A stretch of DNA of 58,239 bases, filler included, from Jimgerdemannia flammicorona (lineage: Eukaryota): assembly GCA_003990765.1 (NCBI GenBank). It is 3 parts of 3 records of this genome, joined end to end, with 100 filler letters (N's around TTAATTAATTAA, not from the genome) between each part and the next. Parts side by side here need not be neighbours in the genome. Positions count along the whole stretch, not along the records: positions 38,895 to 58,239 come from RBNJ01001962.1; 2 more parts are not named here. One strand, given 5' to 3'. The translations under genes were made by a program, and so were the position numbers. Within the stretch, counting starts at the first letter, position 1; every line of letters starts with the position of its first letter. Of this stretch, positions 38,895 to 52,699 are shown piece after piece. Under the pieces are notes generated by a model. It ran no database searches, had not been told where the DNA came from, and saw nothing but the letters and a program-made list of their open reading frames with translations.

Positions 38895-39220
38895 TGGAGG
38901 CAAATTACAAGATTGGGAGGTTGTGTTAGTTTGGCTTGAGCCCTCAGTTACTTTGTTAAAAACAATAAAATATTCTTAGTATTTAGTGGTATAATAGTCA
39001 AAGCTGGATATCTGTGGTTGATTTATACATCAATTTCCTAATTGGGATAGTTCTCTGAGTATAGCAGTATTTTGTATATAACAGGTGATTTAGCAGTCTT
39101 CCTTCTTGCATGATAGTTTCCAAAAGTATGTGATTTCGTGATGATTCCTATGTAGCATGATAATCTCTGTATGTGACAGTCTAGCAATTTAGTAGTTCTC
39201 CTTCTTGAGTGACAGGTAAT

Positions 39221-39271
<51 letters not shown>

Positions 39272-40247
39272 GATGACAGGCAATCTCTATATAGTACAAT
39301 AATCTCCTTATATGTGGTAGTCTGGTAATTTGGCAGTTGACTCAATTTGGATATAGATTCTTCTAAAGCAGACTCACTGGGAATAGAGAATAGTATAGAT
39401 TCTTCCTAAATCAGCTCTCTGGAAATTGTACTGATAGTAGATCCTTCTTACTGAGAATAGATGAATAACTTGGATAATTCAGATAACTCAGATGTCACAG
39501 ATTCCTCCTGAATTGGCAGGCTCTCTGGGAATAATACTTGGGTGGCATAGATAACTCAATAACTTGGGTTCTTGACAAGTTACATCAAAGGCTGGCTTCA
39601 TTTGTATGAAGTTATATTGTTAGACTGGCTCTACTGTGAAGTTGTATCAATAGACTAGCTTGTGGCAAGAAAGGCAGGCTCTCTAGGAATGTGGTGAATA
39701 ACTCAAAAATGGAAAACAGCAGATTACTGAAATGGTAGCAAAGTTCTTCCTTAAACTTTGGTAGCAAATTCAGATTCTTCAGATTTATCTGGCAAGCAAA
39801 CAAAAAATATAACAAACTCTTTTTTGTATCAGAAAGTGGACCAGAGTGGAAAGAAATGCTTTGCTTATAATCTCCTAGCAGTGGCTATAGAGTTTCTCTT
39901 GAAGTGTGGTAGGCAGACTTGACTTTTGCTTTGGATTCAATTCAGACTGAGGTTTATTCACTCTTATCTCTGGGGTATTTTATATAATTGAGATTGCTAC
40001 TGGTTACTATATTGCTAACTATAGATTGCTAACTATAGCAAGTATTTCTTGAGAGTACAGTATACCTGAAGGATATAGTATATCTTGAGGGTATGGTATA
40101 CTTAGAGGGTATAGGTAAACATACTGTTTCTGATATCTCTGGCTAAATATATAGATTGGTGTAGTAAAGTAGTCTTGGTTACCTAGTGCACTAGATAGTA
40201 TATGACTAATTTATGATTTCAGTGGTGCAATTCTGTTGCTCATTACA
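38895..40247 (-). repeat. 3' LTR of element C (outer end lost in the gap)
   Basis: Direct repeat of about 55381-56673; starts TGTAATGAGC on the minus strand. Confidence 0.92.
39224..39273 (-). mobile_element. Abortive retroposed poly(A) insertion with TSD inside the 3' LTR of C
   Basis: T-run plus atgga, flanked by tgacaggtaatctc / tgacaggcaatctc; absent from the 5' LTR (about 55700). Confidence 0.8.
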
Positions 40248-40289
40248 TTAGCCCCTACTAAAGAGTGATCTGTCCTCAGACAATCCTTT

Positions 40290-40810
40290 AGTCATCATTC
40301 CAATGTACATAAGTATCTTCAGTATCAATACCTGAACTGGTATCTTCATTTGGATCAGAGTCACTCCACTCAACAGATTCTTCTTCTTTCTCTGGAAACA
40401 GGATTTTGATGTGGTTGATGATGCTCTAGTAGGTGACAGAATTTATGTTTTGGATGTCATTTAGGAGAAATTGTACTTGCATCAATGCCAGGATATTCTA
40501 TTTGTAGATTGTATACAATCTGTCTACAGCAGTGGTATTTTTCTAAATGAGGCCAGTAGAGTTTCTGATGTAGGTTAGGTCTGCTGCTGAGAGGTTCTGC
40601 AACTGTTCTCTAATTGCATAGTAGGCCTGCAGCTGGTGGACTTACAGTAAATATCTGGCCAAGGTGAGGTTCTCTTAATAGGTCTGGATTCGTTGAAGGG
40701 GGTTTCCATTAGCTTGTTGAAATTGTGGAAGAGAAACTGAAAGTGATTGAAATGAACTCAGAATAAGGGTCTGGAGGCACTGGTCAATTATCTGATTTAT
40801 GATGGAAAAG
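40290..40810 (-). pseudogene. Accessory ORF between integrase and PPT of element C, similar to the LTR ORFs of A and B
   Basis: NQIIDQCLQTLIL...PLQRIQTY...VHQLQAYYAIREQLQ...TAVDRLYTIY, then an acidic tail. Confidence 0.55.
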
Positions 40811-43628
40811 GTATATCTTGAGACAGTTGATATATACTGGTATCCTGAGGGTCCACTCATCTATGCTTCTTAAATAGATGCTAGTTCCTCTGATATTGTG
40901 TATAAGATAAGATTCTTCCTATTTGGGCTCCAGTTTGGCAGCAAAATTTATTTCAATTATACTTCTCTAAACTAGTACTTGATCTCCAATCTTGATCTTC
41001 TGATCCTTTTGTTTCTGATCATAGTACTTCTTTTGTCTTTCTTGGGCTTTGATAATCTGAGCTCAGGCTTAATTATGTAACTGTTCTGCATTCTTGAGGA
41101 GGTCTCTGAGATTCTTATAGTCAGCTGTTCTAGTTTCCTTGGCAAACATGATTTTAAATAGCTTTTGTTTGATAGAGGCAGTAGGGGTGTTCTAAATTTC
41201 CAATAGGATCTCAAGTAAGCAAAGGTCCCAATTGGTAGGATTGACTCAGGCAAGTCCTTTCTTGATGGTCTGATTCATTCTTTCTGTTATATTATTGGTC
41301 TGAGGGTGGTATGATGTAGTCTATTTGAGGTGGATCTTGTGAATTTAGATATAACTTATGATTATGTTATTGATGAATTCTGTGTCTCATTCAGAGATGA
41401 GTTCTTCTGGGGGTCTGTATCTGAGTGTGAGTCCATGGAGAAGACCTACAATGGTTAAGACATCTGCAATTTTTATTGGGAAAGCCTTGGGCCACTTGAT
41501 CAGATGTTCTATAAATATAAGAATATACTTATTTCTTCTTGGTATAACTGGTAGGTGTCCAATTACATCTGCTCTCCATCTCTGAAAGATGTTGTCTGGT
41601 AGTGCTATTGATAGCAGTGGTGCTTGGTAGTTCTTCTTTCCTTGGTACTTCTGGTAGGTGTCATATTTCTTGAGTATATTCTGGACTTATGTTCTGAGAT
41701 TGAACCAATGTTGGTATATTGTTCACAACTTTTCTTCTATGTTTACTTATCTTTGGTGGGCTTTCTGGTATTCTTTTCAGATGAGATCTTCTTGTATCTT
41801 GATGATCTGAGGAGCTTCCTTTAGGGTGCAGTTCCTTGGGACACCCTTCTTCTGGTTCATTGAGGCTAGTGAGAAAGTACATCAATATTGTGATGAGCTT
41901 TCTCTGCTTTGTGGATGATGGTAATTTTGTAATCATAAAGGATAAGGATCTAGTGGGTTAGGATTCCAGTGAGTTCTCTGTAATTGAATAACCATTTGAG
42001 AGCTATATGGTCTGTGATCAGGGTGAACCTTTTTCTAATTAGGTAATGCTTGAACAGAGTGACTGCCTATATGACTGCAAGGTACTCTAGTTTGATACTA
42101 CCATAGTTCATTTACTGCTGATTGGTAGCTCAGCTTGTATAAGCTGTCATATGATATTATTGATCAGATCCTTCTTGGGCTAGAACTGCTCCTAGGCCAT
42201 CTTTGGAAGTATCTATATATAAGATGAATAGCTTCTTTAGATTGGGGTACACAAGGATTAGTACTGTAGTCATGTGGTTTTGGAGTTCTTTGAAGGCTTT
42301 CTCTTATGATTCTGTCTATTTATAAGAGACTTCTTTCTTGAGAAGGATTTAGATTGGGGCAGCAATTTGGGTGAAGTCCTTGATAAATCTTCTGTAGTAG
42401 GATACTAGTATCAGAAATGATAGTGTTTCTTTTGGGGTCTTGGGTACTGACCAATTGTTGATCTTCTCAGTTTTCTTTAGGTCTATATGAGTTTCTTCTT
42501 TCAAAACTACAAATCCAAGAAATTCAAGTTTCTGTTTTCTGAAGTAGTATTTCTTTGTATTGAGTCTCAGGTGGTTCTTATAGGTGAGCTTAAAAAATTC
42601 CTCTAGATAGTGTAGATATTCTTGGAAATTTGCTGAATAGATATTAGAATCATCTATGTATACAATTAGACAGTGGTGGATCAAGGGGGTATAGACTGAA
42701 TTCATCATCCTCTAAAAGGTAGAGGGTATATTGTAAAGTCCAAAGAGTATTTGGAAGTATTCAAACAGTTTTCCTAGAGCAAGAAAGGCTGTCTTTTGAA
42801 TGTCTTTGGGGTCCATAGAGATCTCATAGAATCTTGCAAAAAGGTCCATACTGCTGAAGTATCTGGTATCTTATAACTGATCCAAAAGGTCATTGATTCT
42901 GGGCAAAGAATAGATATTCTTTTTGATAACTGAATTGAGTTTCCTGTAATCTACACAGAGTCTCTATTCTCCTTTCTTTAGTATAATAAGTATAGGGCTA
43001 GCCCAGGGGCTGGTAGATAGTCAGATGACTCCATTGTCTAAGAGTTCCTATATGTGCTCCTTTTTGAATGTTTTTAAGTAATGGGGTATTCTATAGGATT
43101 TCTGTCAGATAGGTGTTGCATTTTCTGTATTTATGCTGTAGTAATATGGTAGATTGTATGGCAGATTGCCATAATTGGTAGTGAAGATATCTTGATATTT
43201 ATTGAGGAGTTCTACTAGTTGTCACTGTTGCTGGGGTATCAATTCTTCTCCAATATTGGTGGAAGACTTCACTATCTTCTGGGTCACAGAGGGGCCTTTT
43301 CTTTCTTCTGGAACCTTTTGCTATTTCCTGATAAGTTTAGTTCATAAACTTCTCTATGAGTTCAGTTGAGAAAAGGTACCAGATGCCCTATGATGGTTCC
43401 TTTTGACAAGATGATGGTTTCTTAACTTTAGTTGGTTGCTTGGAAATGTACTGAGTTCATCTTGTTAGAGAATGTGTGTCCTTCTATGTATGTCCGGATA
43501 TGGGATATCTTCATTGAGTTCAAAGAAAAGGTTTCTGGGGTCAGGTGGTGCAAAGATTTCAAAGGTGGTTTGTTCTCCAGACTCCAGGATGAGATTCTTG
43601 TGCAGTTTGACTGGTTGGTGGTATACTT

Positions 43629-45219
43629 TTTTTTTATTTTTTTTTTTTATAGTCACTCAGACTTCTTCCTTTATTAAAACACTGTCTATCTTCTAAATAA
43701 TACACAATGCCCAACCCTATCTGATCCCCCTAGAGGGGGCCCCTCCTCTCACCCCCACTCAATAAAAGACCACTTTGTCTAACACTATCTCCACCCACCC
43801 ACCACTCTGTTCACAGATTCCTTCTATCAGACAATGACATTTACTACTCTGGAGACCCCAACCCACCCACCACCCAGTCAGCAGATCTCCCATCAACCCC
43901 TCCCACCTTAACAACTTCTCCTATAAACCCATCTGCCACTCCTTCTTGAAATCAAAGAGCCAATGTCCAGCCAGCCCTACCCCACACTGCCAAAACCCAC
44001 TATATAGTGAGCCAACTATTGCCACACCACCCACTAGCTAAGATTTCAAATTCTCCCAGTGATCTCTCTCTCCATCTGGTCTCCTCTCTATATCTAGCCG
44101 ATTCCCTACTGCTATCCAAAAGTCCCCCAGAACCTCACACTCCCCCAGCCAATGTTTAGGTGTTTGCACAAATTCACCAACTTGCCCTACATTATAACAC
44201 TCCTCACAATCTAATTGGCCACCCTCCACTAGATGCCCAGCATGGAAATTCAACATGACATTCCTCCTTAGTATCTGCCACCATACCACCCAGAACTTAG
44301 AAGAAAGCTACTGCCACATCTCAGCACTCCATGACCAGACTCCTGCCCAGTCCCACTCCTTACTAATCCCCACAGCCTGCCAACTACTTGACCAAAGATC
44401 CTGGCCAAGACCCCACTGACACTCCACTCCATCACCAATATCAAACTCAGCAAGCAGAACACCCCCCAGAAGGAGTCTGTCCCATCGCCACATAGCTGGA
44501 CCCCACAGTACCTCTCACTCATTGTCTTGCCAGCGCAGTCCTATCCGGTGTGCTCCATCTACCACCCCCCACCAGAAGCCCTTATACCATAGCTGTCAGC
44601 TTTCAGTCAGGCCCACCAGCGAGAGCAAATCTCCTGAGGACCCCCAAGGGGAGAACCTCATCTCCTACACCTTCTGCAGCAGTGGTACTCAACCTCCTCC
44701 CTGCAGTTCAACAGTCCTTTTCAACCACCAAGCTTGCAAGCAGTGCAGCTGCTTAGGGAAATCCACAAGGCCTAGTCCTCCCCTAACCACCAGTGTTGCA
44801 AGAGCATCCCAACTGATCTGGAACCTCCTCTCTGCCCAAATCCAATCTCTAGTCAGTTTCATCAGTCTCTTCACCATCCAAGCCAGGAAGTCTAAGTGAT
44901 AGGCCACATACCATAGCTTGGGAAACCAGTAGACATTCAGAATCGACACCCACCCTGCCAGGGAGATGTGGCAACCCCCCCAACCTCTAAGAGCCTCCCC
45001 CCAAATAGCCACTCTCCTCTCTCACCACACTCATGGCAAGACAGATCCATAAACAGAAAGGAAGATGCCCAAATACTGCACCACCTCTCCTGTGGAGACA
45101 ATTGTTCCAATGACGTCCCCTCCCACTAGCCCATTCCCTAACACCATTGTCTCACACTTATGCCAGTTGAGTTTCGCCCCAGAGTGTGCCTCATACCATT
45201 CCACTGTCTCCTTGAGTGC
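43629..45219 (-). mobile_element. 5'-truncated L1/Tx1-like LINE inserted in element C pol
   Basis: Poly(A) tail; RT C-terminal sequence (SGAKLNWHKCE, WFPKLWY, GGLGL); TSD ctggttggtggtatactt (43611-43628 / 45220-45237). Confidence 0.92.
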
Positions 45220-45294
45220 CTGGTTGGTGGTATACTTGCTGGGGAACATTCCTCTTGAGGTGGTTGACTTGAAGGAGATGTACTTCCTTCTTGT

Positions 45295-45707
45295 CTGAAC
45301 TTCCAAATCCTTTGGCTTGTCTTGTTCCTTCAGTCAGTTCAGAGACTTCTTGCAATTGTGGGGTCTCGATCTTCATAAAGACTGCTTGGGCAATCTTCTG
45401 TCCTCTAATGATTCAGTACCATTCTATACTACTATTGTATAGAATAACCTTGATTTCACCTGTATATCCTGGGTCAATAGTTACTCCTTCAATGGTTATT
45501 CCATGTCAGTCAAGTCCAGATCTTGAGGTTAGTTGGATATAAGTTCCTTGAGGTGGCTGCATGACTAGTCCAGTTCTGATTATGAATGTTTTTTCAGACT
45601 TAATGGATTTATCTTCCAGACTGTGAAGATCATATCCTACATCTTCTGGATGGGCTTTGGTCAGGGGTTTGGCCTTGGGATGTAGCAGGGCATACTGGGT
45701 AACATTC
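45295..45707 (-). pseudogene. dUTPase domain of element C, upstream of RT
   Basis: AKPLTKAHPEDVGYDL, SRSGL, EGVTIDPGYTGEIKV, KIAQAV, RQAKGFGSS. Confidence 0.9.
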
Positions 45708-46781
45708 TTGCTAAGTTTGGCCTGTTCTTAGACTGAGGCTCTACTAGCAGAGAGCCTCTAGACTCTGAAGTTGAGGTGTGATCATCTGGCTTCAGTAGAA
45801 GGGTCTTAGAGATAGTTGATACCTCTTCTTTCTGTAGAGTCTAGGGCTTCCATGAAGTTGGTAGCATCCTCTACCCATTCTTGGTAGGTTGCATGTCTGA
45901 TAAGAACTAGGATGTCTTTTCCTAAATCATAGATCTTGAGGGTCCTTCTTCTTGGCTTCTTGGTCTGGCTTTTTTGGATCTGGTCTCTGTTATCTCCTCT
46001 CTTCAAAGTGTGGATTGCAACATCATGACTGAGGTGAATCTTCTGATGTCTACAGTCTTGGCAGTCTAAGTATCTTCCATAATTATAATATTCCATTGCT
46101 TGAAAATGCTGTTTCTAGTTGTTGATCTCTTGTTGTATTGGAAATCAGTACCCATCTTGGTTATAAGTTGGGGGAAGGGTGAACAATGGATATACTTCTG
46201 TTCAGGTGAAGAGACCTTATCCTCTAAATTGGCTTTACAATCTAGTGGTAACTTCTTGAAAGGTAGTTGACTATACAACTATAGTTGGGGGTTCTGGTCT
46301 TTGGGGTCCCTGTCTTTCTTACTGGTCTAGTAAATGACATTGATAGTAGTAGTCTCAGGGAGAGTGGAAGACCATTTGGTGTTGATATCTTCCTAGCCAA
46401 AAAGCTCTTTCTTGGTAAGTTTCTTTCTTGAGAATAATGGAGATTGTGCTGGATTCTTCTTCTATATTCCAAGGGTCATATCTTCAGGTAGTATCTAGTG
46501 ATGGTCATCCTAGAGAATGAGTTCAGGGACTTCTTCTTCTTCAGATATTTCTTGTTCAGAAATCTTCTGTTCAGAGGTTTCTTCTTTCTCAGATAATTCC
46601 TGACCCCAAATTGCTTATAGTTCTGCAGCTTTGGCTGCAGGTGTTTCTAGAACATATTTGCATTTCTTCTTCTTCCTTCTGCACTCAGAGCAGGCTGTGC
46701 TGGATGAATTCCTTGTCCCAATGATCTTGGAGGAGTGCTTGGAGCACTTGTGTCTCTTGAGACAGGTGGGGCATCCTTTGA

Positions 46782-46787
<6 letters not shown>

Positions 46788-46822
<35 letters not shown>

Positions 46823-49800
46823 CTTTTTTTTTTTATAGTTACTTGGACTTCAACTTTATTACTGCAGCTCATCTATTCATTATATAATACACTGTGCCCA
46901 CCCCTAACTGATCCCTCTAGGGGTCCCTCTCCCCTCCCCCACCCTCTCTCAATAAAAGACCACTTTGTCATTCACCATCTCCACCTGTCCACTACTCTAT
47001 ACACATATCCCTTCCACTAGATAGTGATGTCACCCACCCTGGGGACCCCAACCAACCCACCACCTGGTCAGCAAATCTCCCATCAACCTCTCCCATCTAG
47101 ACAACTTCTCCTACAAACCCATCTGATGTCTCTCCTCAAAAACAAAGAGCCAATGTCCAGCCAGCCCTACTCATATTGCTAAAATCCACCCTACTGTGAG
47201 TCACCGATTGCCCACACCACCCACTAACCTAGCCTTCAAATCCTCCCAGCAACCTCTCTCTCTATTCAGCCTCCTTTCTATACCTAGCTGATCTCCTACT
47301 GCCATCTAAAAGTCTACACTCTCCCAGCCAATGTTCTGGCATCTACATATAACCCCCAACTTGTCTGATATTATAGTACTCCTCACAATCATATTGGCCA
47401 CCATCCACCAGATGGCCAGCATGGAAATTTAACATGACATTCCTCTACAGCATCTACCACCAGACCACCCAGAACTTGAGAGGAAGCTATCTCTGCACCT
47501 CAGCACTCCATGACCAGACCCTTGCCCAGTCCCACTCCTTGCCAATCCTCACTGCCTGCCAGCCACTTAGTCAAAGATCCTGACCCAGTCCCTGCTGACA
47601 CTCTACCCTATCATCAATATCAAACTCAGCAAGCAGAACACTCCCCAGAAGCAGTCTGTCCCACTTCTACATAGCTGGACCCCATAGTATCTCCCCATCA
47701 TTACTATGCCAGCACAGGTCTATTTGGTGTGCTCTATCTACCACCTCCCACTAGAAGCCCTTCTACTGTAGCCGGCAGCTTTCATCCAGATCCACCAGAG
47801 ATAGCAAATCTCCCAAGGACCCCTGTGGGGAGAATCTCATCTCCCACACCTTCTGCATTAGTGGCACCCAACACCTTCTCTTCAAATCAACAGCCCTTTT
47901 CAATCACCATACTTGCAGGTAGTGCAGCCTCTTAGGAAGGTCCACTAGACCCAGTCCTCCTCAAATCACTGGTGTTGCCAGAGTGTTCCAACTGATCTGG
48001 GCCCACCTCCTAGCCCAAATCCAGTCACTAGCTAACTTCATCAGCCTCTTCACCACCCAAGCTGGAAAATCCAAATGATAAGCAATATACCATAGCTTAG
48101 GGAACCAGTAGACATTCAGAATCGATACCCAGCCAGCTAAAGAGATGTGGTGACCTCCCCAACCTCGAAGTGCCTCCCCCCAAATGGCCACCCTCCTTTC
48201 CCACCACACCCATGGCAGGACAGAACCATATACAGAAAGGAAGATGTCCAAATACCTCACCACCTCTCCTATAGAGACAATTGTTCCAATGATGTCTCCA
48301 CCCACTAGCCCTTTCCCTAGCACTATTGTCTCACACTTATATCAGTTAAGTTTTGCTCCAGAATGCATCTCATACCATTCCACCATCTACTGAAGTACCT
48401 CAACATCTGCCACTGAGCAAAGGCTAACTATCATATCATCTGCAAAGGCCCCCACCTTCCACACCACACCATATACAGAGAGCCCTACCACATTCTGCCA
48501 TATCCTATCTATCAAAGGTTCTAATGAAAGGGCATAAAGGATAGGAGACAGTGGATCTCCTTGAGGAACTCCTCTTCCCAAGGGAAATGCCAGACCCTAG
48601 TACCTATTACACATTAGTGCTGCCCTACTGCCCTCTAACAAACTCAATATAGAAGTCTGAAAACATGGTGGAATATCAATTCTATCTAGCACCTTGCCCA
48701 GCCACACCCACCAAACCTGGTTGTAGGCCTTCTCCTAGTTCATAAAGACCAGTCTACCATCCAATCCACAAGCTCATGCTCCTTCAATAATACCATAGAC
48801 CCAGGCTGTCCCATCTCGAATAAGCCAGCCTCCAACAAAGCCTCACTACTCCTCACCCAGCACCTGCTGGGCAACCTTCTGTAACCTCACCACAATCATC
48901 TTGGTCACTATCTTCCTATCTATATCCAGAAGCATAATCAGTCTCCAATTCTTTCAGTCCTCTCTCCTCCCCTTGTCTTTATACAACAAGGCCACCAATC
49001 TCAAGTCCTGCTCACCAACCCACTCACCACTCAGAAGAATATGGTTACAGAGGGCTCCCATCTCTCCTAAAACTCTAGGAATCTTTGCCATCTTCTTTCA
49101 AAAGTCCCAAGGCAACTCATCCTCTCCTGGTACTGTCCCAAGCTTAGTTGTAGCAAGGACTCTTTGAATCTCCTCCTCTTGAATCAGTAGGATCAAATCA
49201 CCCAGGCCCTCTACTTGTAGTGGTTTCTAATCCTCAAGCATATCTCCAATCGCCTCCTCATCTACACCCCCTTCCTCCTCACTCAACAGACCCCTCCACC
49301 TCTCCTTCAGCACTCCCAAGATCTGTTGTGTGCCATATACTATTTCCCCATCTGTATCCAGGACCCCTTCCCATCAATGCCGCACCTCCTGGCCTAGAGG
49401 AGCCATGACAAGTACCTAGTAGGCTACTCCCCCTCCTCAAGTCCCTGCTATTTCAGCCTAGCTGCCATTCCTTTCATATGTATCTCCTTCTCCTCTCTCA
49501 ATACTTGTTGTAGCTCCATTAGCTCCAATTTCACACATGCCAACCTCCAATCATTGACCTCACCAGAATTTAACAAATCTGCCCATTCCATTTGCAATCT
49601 AACCAGCCAGTTGGAAGCACACCACACCCTTTTCCTTCTCTACTTCCCTGCCTCTCTACCAGCCCCACCCCAGTAAACCTGTATAGCCTTTTTCAACTTT
49701 AACCATCAGACACCCAGTGGCAAACCCTTGCATATTTAGCCAGTAGTCTTCACCTAGATGTCCTCCACTCAAGGGTCCCACAAATCCTTCTCTGCCAGCA

Positions 49801-52699
49801 GGGAGGAGTTAAGGTGCCAATTTCCAGGTCCATCTCCACTTCCCCCAAACTGCCCCTGCCCTAATAGGCCCCAGTGATCAGACCATGGGCACTACTCCAC
49901 CTCCAGTGACTTCCAAATATCCAGGCCCCAGTATTCGGATGTCAGGATCCAGTCAATCCTTATACCCAGTCCATTTACCCAGTCTATATAGATCCTCTTT
50001 TCTCCCCACTGTGCTCTGCCCATATCTCCTAAGGAGCTGAGGGTCTCTACCTCCTCCCATTTATCCAGGCCACCACTCCTTCCACCCACATTCCTCCCTT
50101 CATCAGTTTGATCTAATTGAGAATTCTGCACCATATTGAAGTCCCCATCCAGAACATCTACCCCTTTCTCTAAGAGTGTGCCCTCTTCTAACAGACTCTT
50201 AATCTATGCAATCCTCTCACCTCTAGCTACCAGGCAGTAGTAAGAGCCAACTCTCACTGGCTCCCATCTAGGTCAACGCTATTCCCCCCATACCAAACAG
50301 TCTCCCCAGTTCCTGATTCCACCTAAATCCCCTTTACCACCCCATACCAAAATTGCCACCTTGCTAATCCAAGCTATAGCCCCTCCCCATTCTCTAGTCC
50401 ACTCCACTTGATCCTCCTCATCCTCACAACATATATCCTGTAGCAGAAAGAGATCAGCCTCCAATCCCTTAAGCTAAGTAAAAATGTTCTTTCGCTGCCC
50501 AGAGCCCCTTAACCCATTCATATTTAGAGAAAAAATGTTAGTTGTACTATTCATTAGGAATAATGTTTAGAAGTAAGATCCAGCATATGCTCTACAAATC
50601 CACATTTCTCTCCTCCTGCATCTAGTCAAAGACATGTTCTGCAGTCAATTCCTCCTCTTCAGCCTCCTTTGCCTCCAAGCTCACCAGAAGTTCAGCCATT
50701 GCTCCATCCTCCTTCTCCTCGAATTCTTCATGATATTCCAGATAGGCCTCCTGCCAGAGTTTCAGACCATAATGCTCTGCCCAACAGTAGGCAGCCTGCT
50801 CACCAGTAACCACAGCCAGCTCGGCCTCCCTTTTCTTGTCAACCTCATACCCCTTCTCTTCCAGAAGAATTGCAAGCACCTCCCCTTCAGAGCTGCCACT
50901 ACTCTATCACCATGCAGGATCTGTGCCCAATGCTCCTTACTCATCATGCTCAGGTCCACTTCTCCCAACTCCTTAGCCACAAAGTCATTCATCATTTGGT
51001 GCATCCACAGTAGGTTCCCCACCTCCTTCCCTTCTGGTATTGCCAGTCTTCTAGTATCCAGCATTGTGGTATCAGCCCCAGCACTTACTGACTCATCCCA
51101 CTCCTCCTCTGAGACATCCACTAGCTCATCCTTGCCAACTGCCACCACCTGTCCCCCTTTTGCCACATCGGAGACACCAAAGTGTACTTGCTGGGCACCC
51201 CATATCTGTACATTCTCTGCCACACAGCTGGACCCCTCCTGATAAGAGGGAGAGTGTTAACTAAATCTTGCTCCCAGACTTCAAATATACCATCTGTATA
51301 AGGGTTCTTGCTCAGCATCTTCCCAGCCCCCTCCTGGCCCTCCTCCATCTCGCCTCCTCCATTACTTACCCAGACACTAGCTTTGGCACCCCCAGTCTCC
51401 TCAGCCCTACCCACATTCTTCTTTGCCCCTTCTTTCATACTTACCAACAGCTCCCTCTGCCTCATACACCCCTGGGCCCTCTCCCACTGCCTCTTGTCAG
51501 TGTGGATATGTTTTCTCTCTATAATCTCCAAATGCATTAACTCAACATACATTCTCTAAGCCTTCGCCCTCTGCTCCACTGCTTCACTCATCTCCTCCAG
51601 AGCCTCCAACAGATCCTCCTCCTCCTCCTCACTCCCTTTCACTCTTGACACCTTGCAAATGAAGGCTCCCCACATCATCACCAATGGCCAGTCACTTGTC
51701 TTCTCTGTGGCCTCCCTCCCAGCCAGTCTAATTCTGATATCAATATCACCAGTCCTGAAAGTAGTCTTCTCCTACATCTGGAACCTGATATCGACCACAT
51801 CACCATACTCTGTCATCACCTCCTCTACCCTCCTCCTAGTCTCCACCATCATCACCATAAGCACCCCCTTCACCAGCAACTGTACCACTCTGAGGTCTCA
51901 CCTCAAACACTACACCATAGGGACCACCACCTCCCCTACTGCCACTCCAGTCTTTAATGCTTCCTCCAGCAGGCCTGCCTTCTCAAAGCCCACCTCAACC
52001 CCCTCCAGATCCTTCAGGAACTTCACTGAGATAGCCCCAGCCACCTGCTTCGAGATAATTCCCAGGACCATCCTTGCCATCACTGCCAAGCCCCAGAAGC
52101 ACAGGGTTGCTGCAAACTCCAAGATCAACTTCTTTAGTAATGGTGCCACTACCAGCCCCATCACACCATCGGCCAGGTCCCCCTTCTGCTTTGGGAACCC
52201 CTGTCTCACTCCACCATCAACTGTCACATCTCCTTTTTTTTCCTGATTCTCCATCACATTCTCATCAACAGTTACTCCCCCAGCCACAACACCTCCAGCC
52301 CCTATACTCACAACCCCAGCCTGAGTACCACTCCCCCTCCCAAAGCTTGCCTTGTCCTTCCCCTCAGCAGCACCAGCCCTAGCTCCAGCTGGCCATCTAC
52401 TCTCCTTCACCTTATCCACAAAGCTTGGGGGGTCAGGCCTTCCCTCATTTCCACCTGACTCTGGTCTCACTCCAGAGCCCTCACCACCCTTTGACCCACC
52501 AAAGGCCCCCATACCCAGTCCATAACCCCTCCCCACACTCTGCCAGCTGAATGCCTCAGGTCCACCTGACCCAGCATGCCTGTCAGAACTCTTACTGGAT
52601 GATATTTTTGTAGTATCTTTTCTCTGAGTTGTGTTGAAAACTATTGCTTGAAGTTGGTGTAATGTGAATTGTACTGGAGAAAGGTGAGCAAATTTATTA
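46788..52699 (-). mobile_element. Near full-length degenerate L1/Tx1-like LINE inserted in element C
   Basis: Poly(A) tail; ORF2 from 50554 (MNSTTNIFSLNMNGLRG, DGDFNMV, GVPQGDPLSP, AFADD); ORF1 similar to that of the 19.5-25.5 kb LINE; 16-bp TSD catcctttgatttctc (46772-46787 / 52700-52715). Confidence 0.93.

Noticed and set aside
40048..40114. Roughly 18-bp tandem repeats (also about 56472-56537)
   Set aside because: Ordinary U3 enhancer-type repeats within the element C LTRs.
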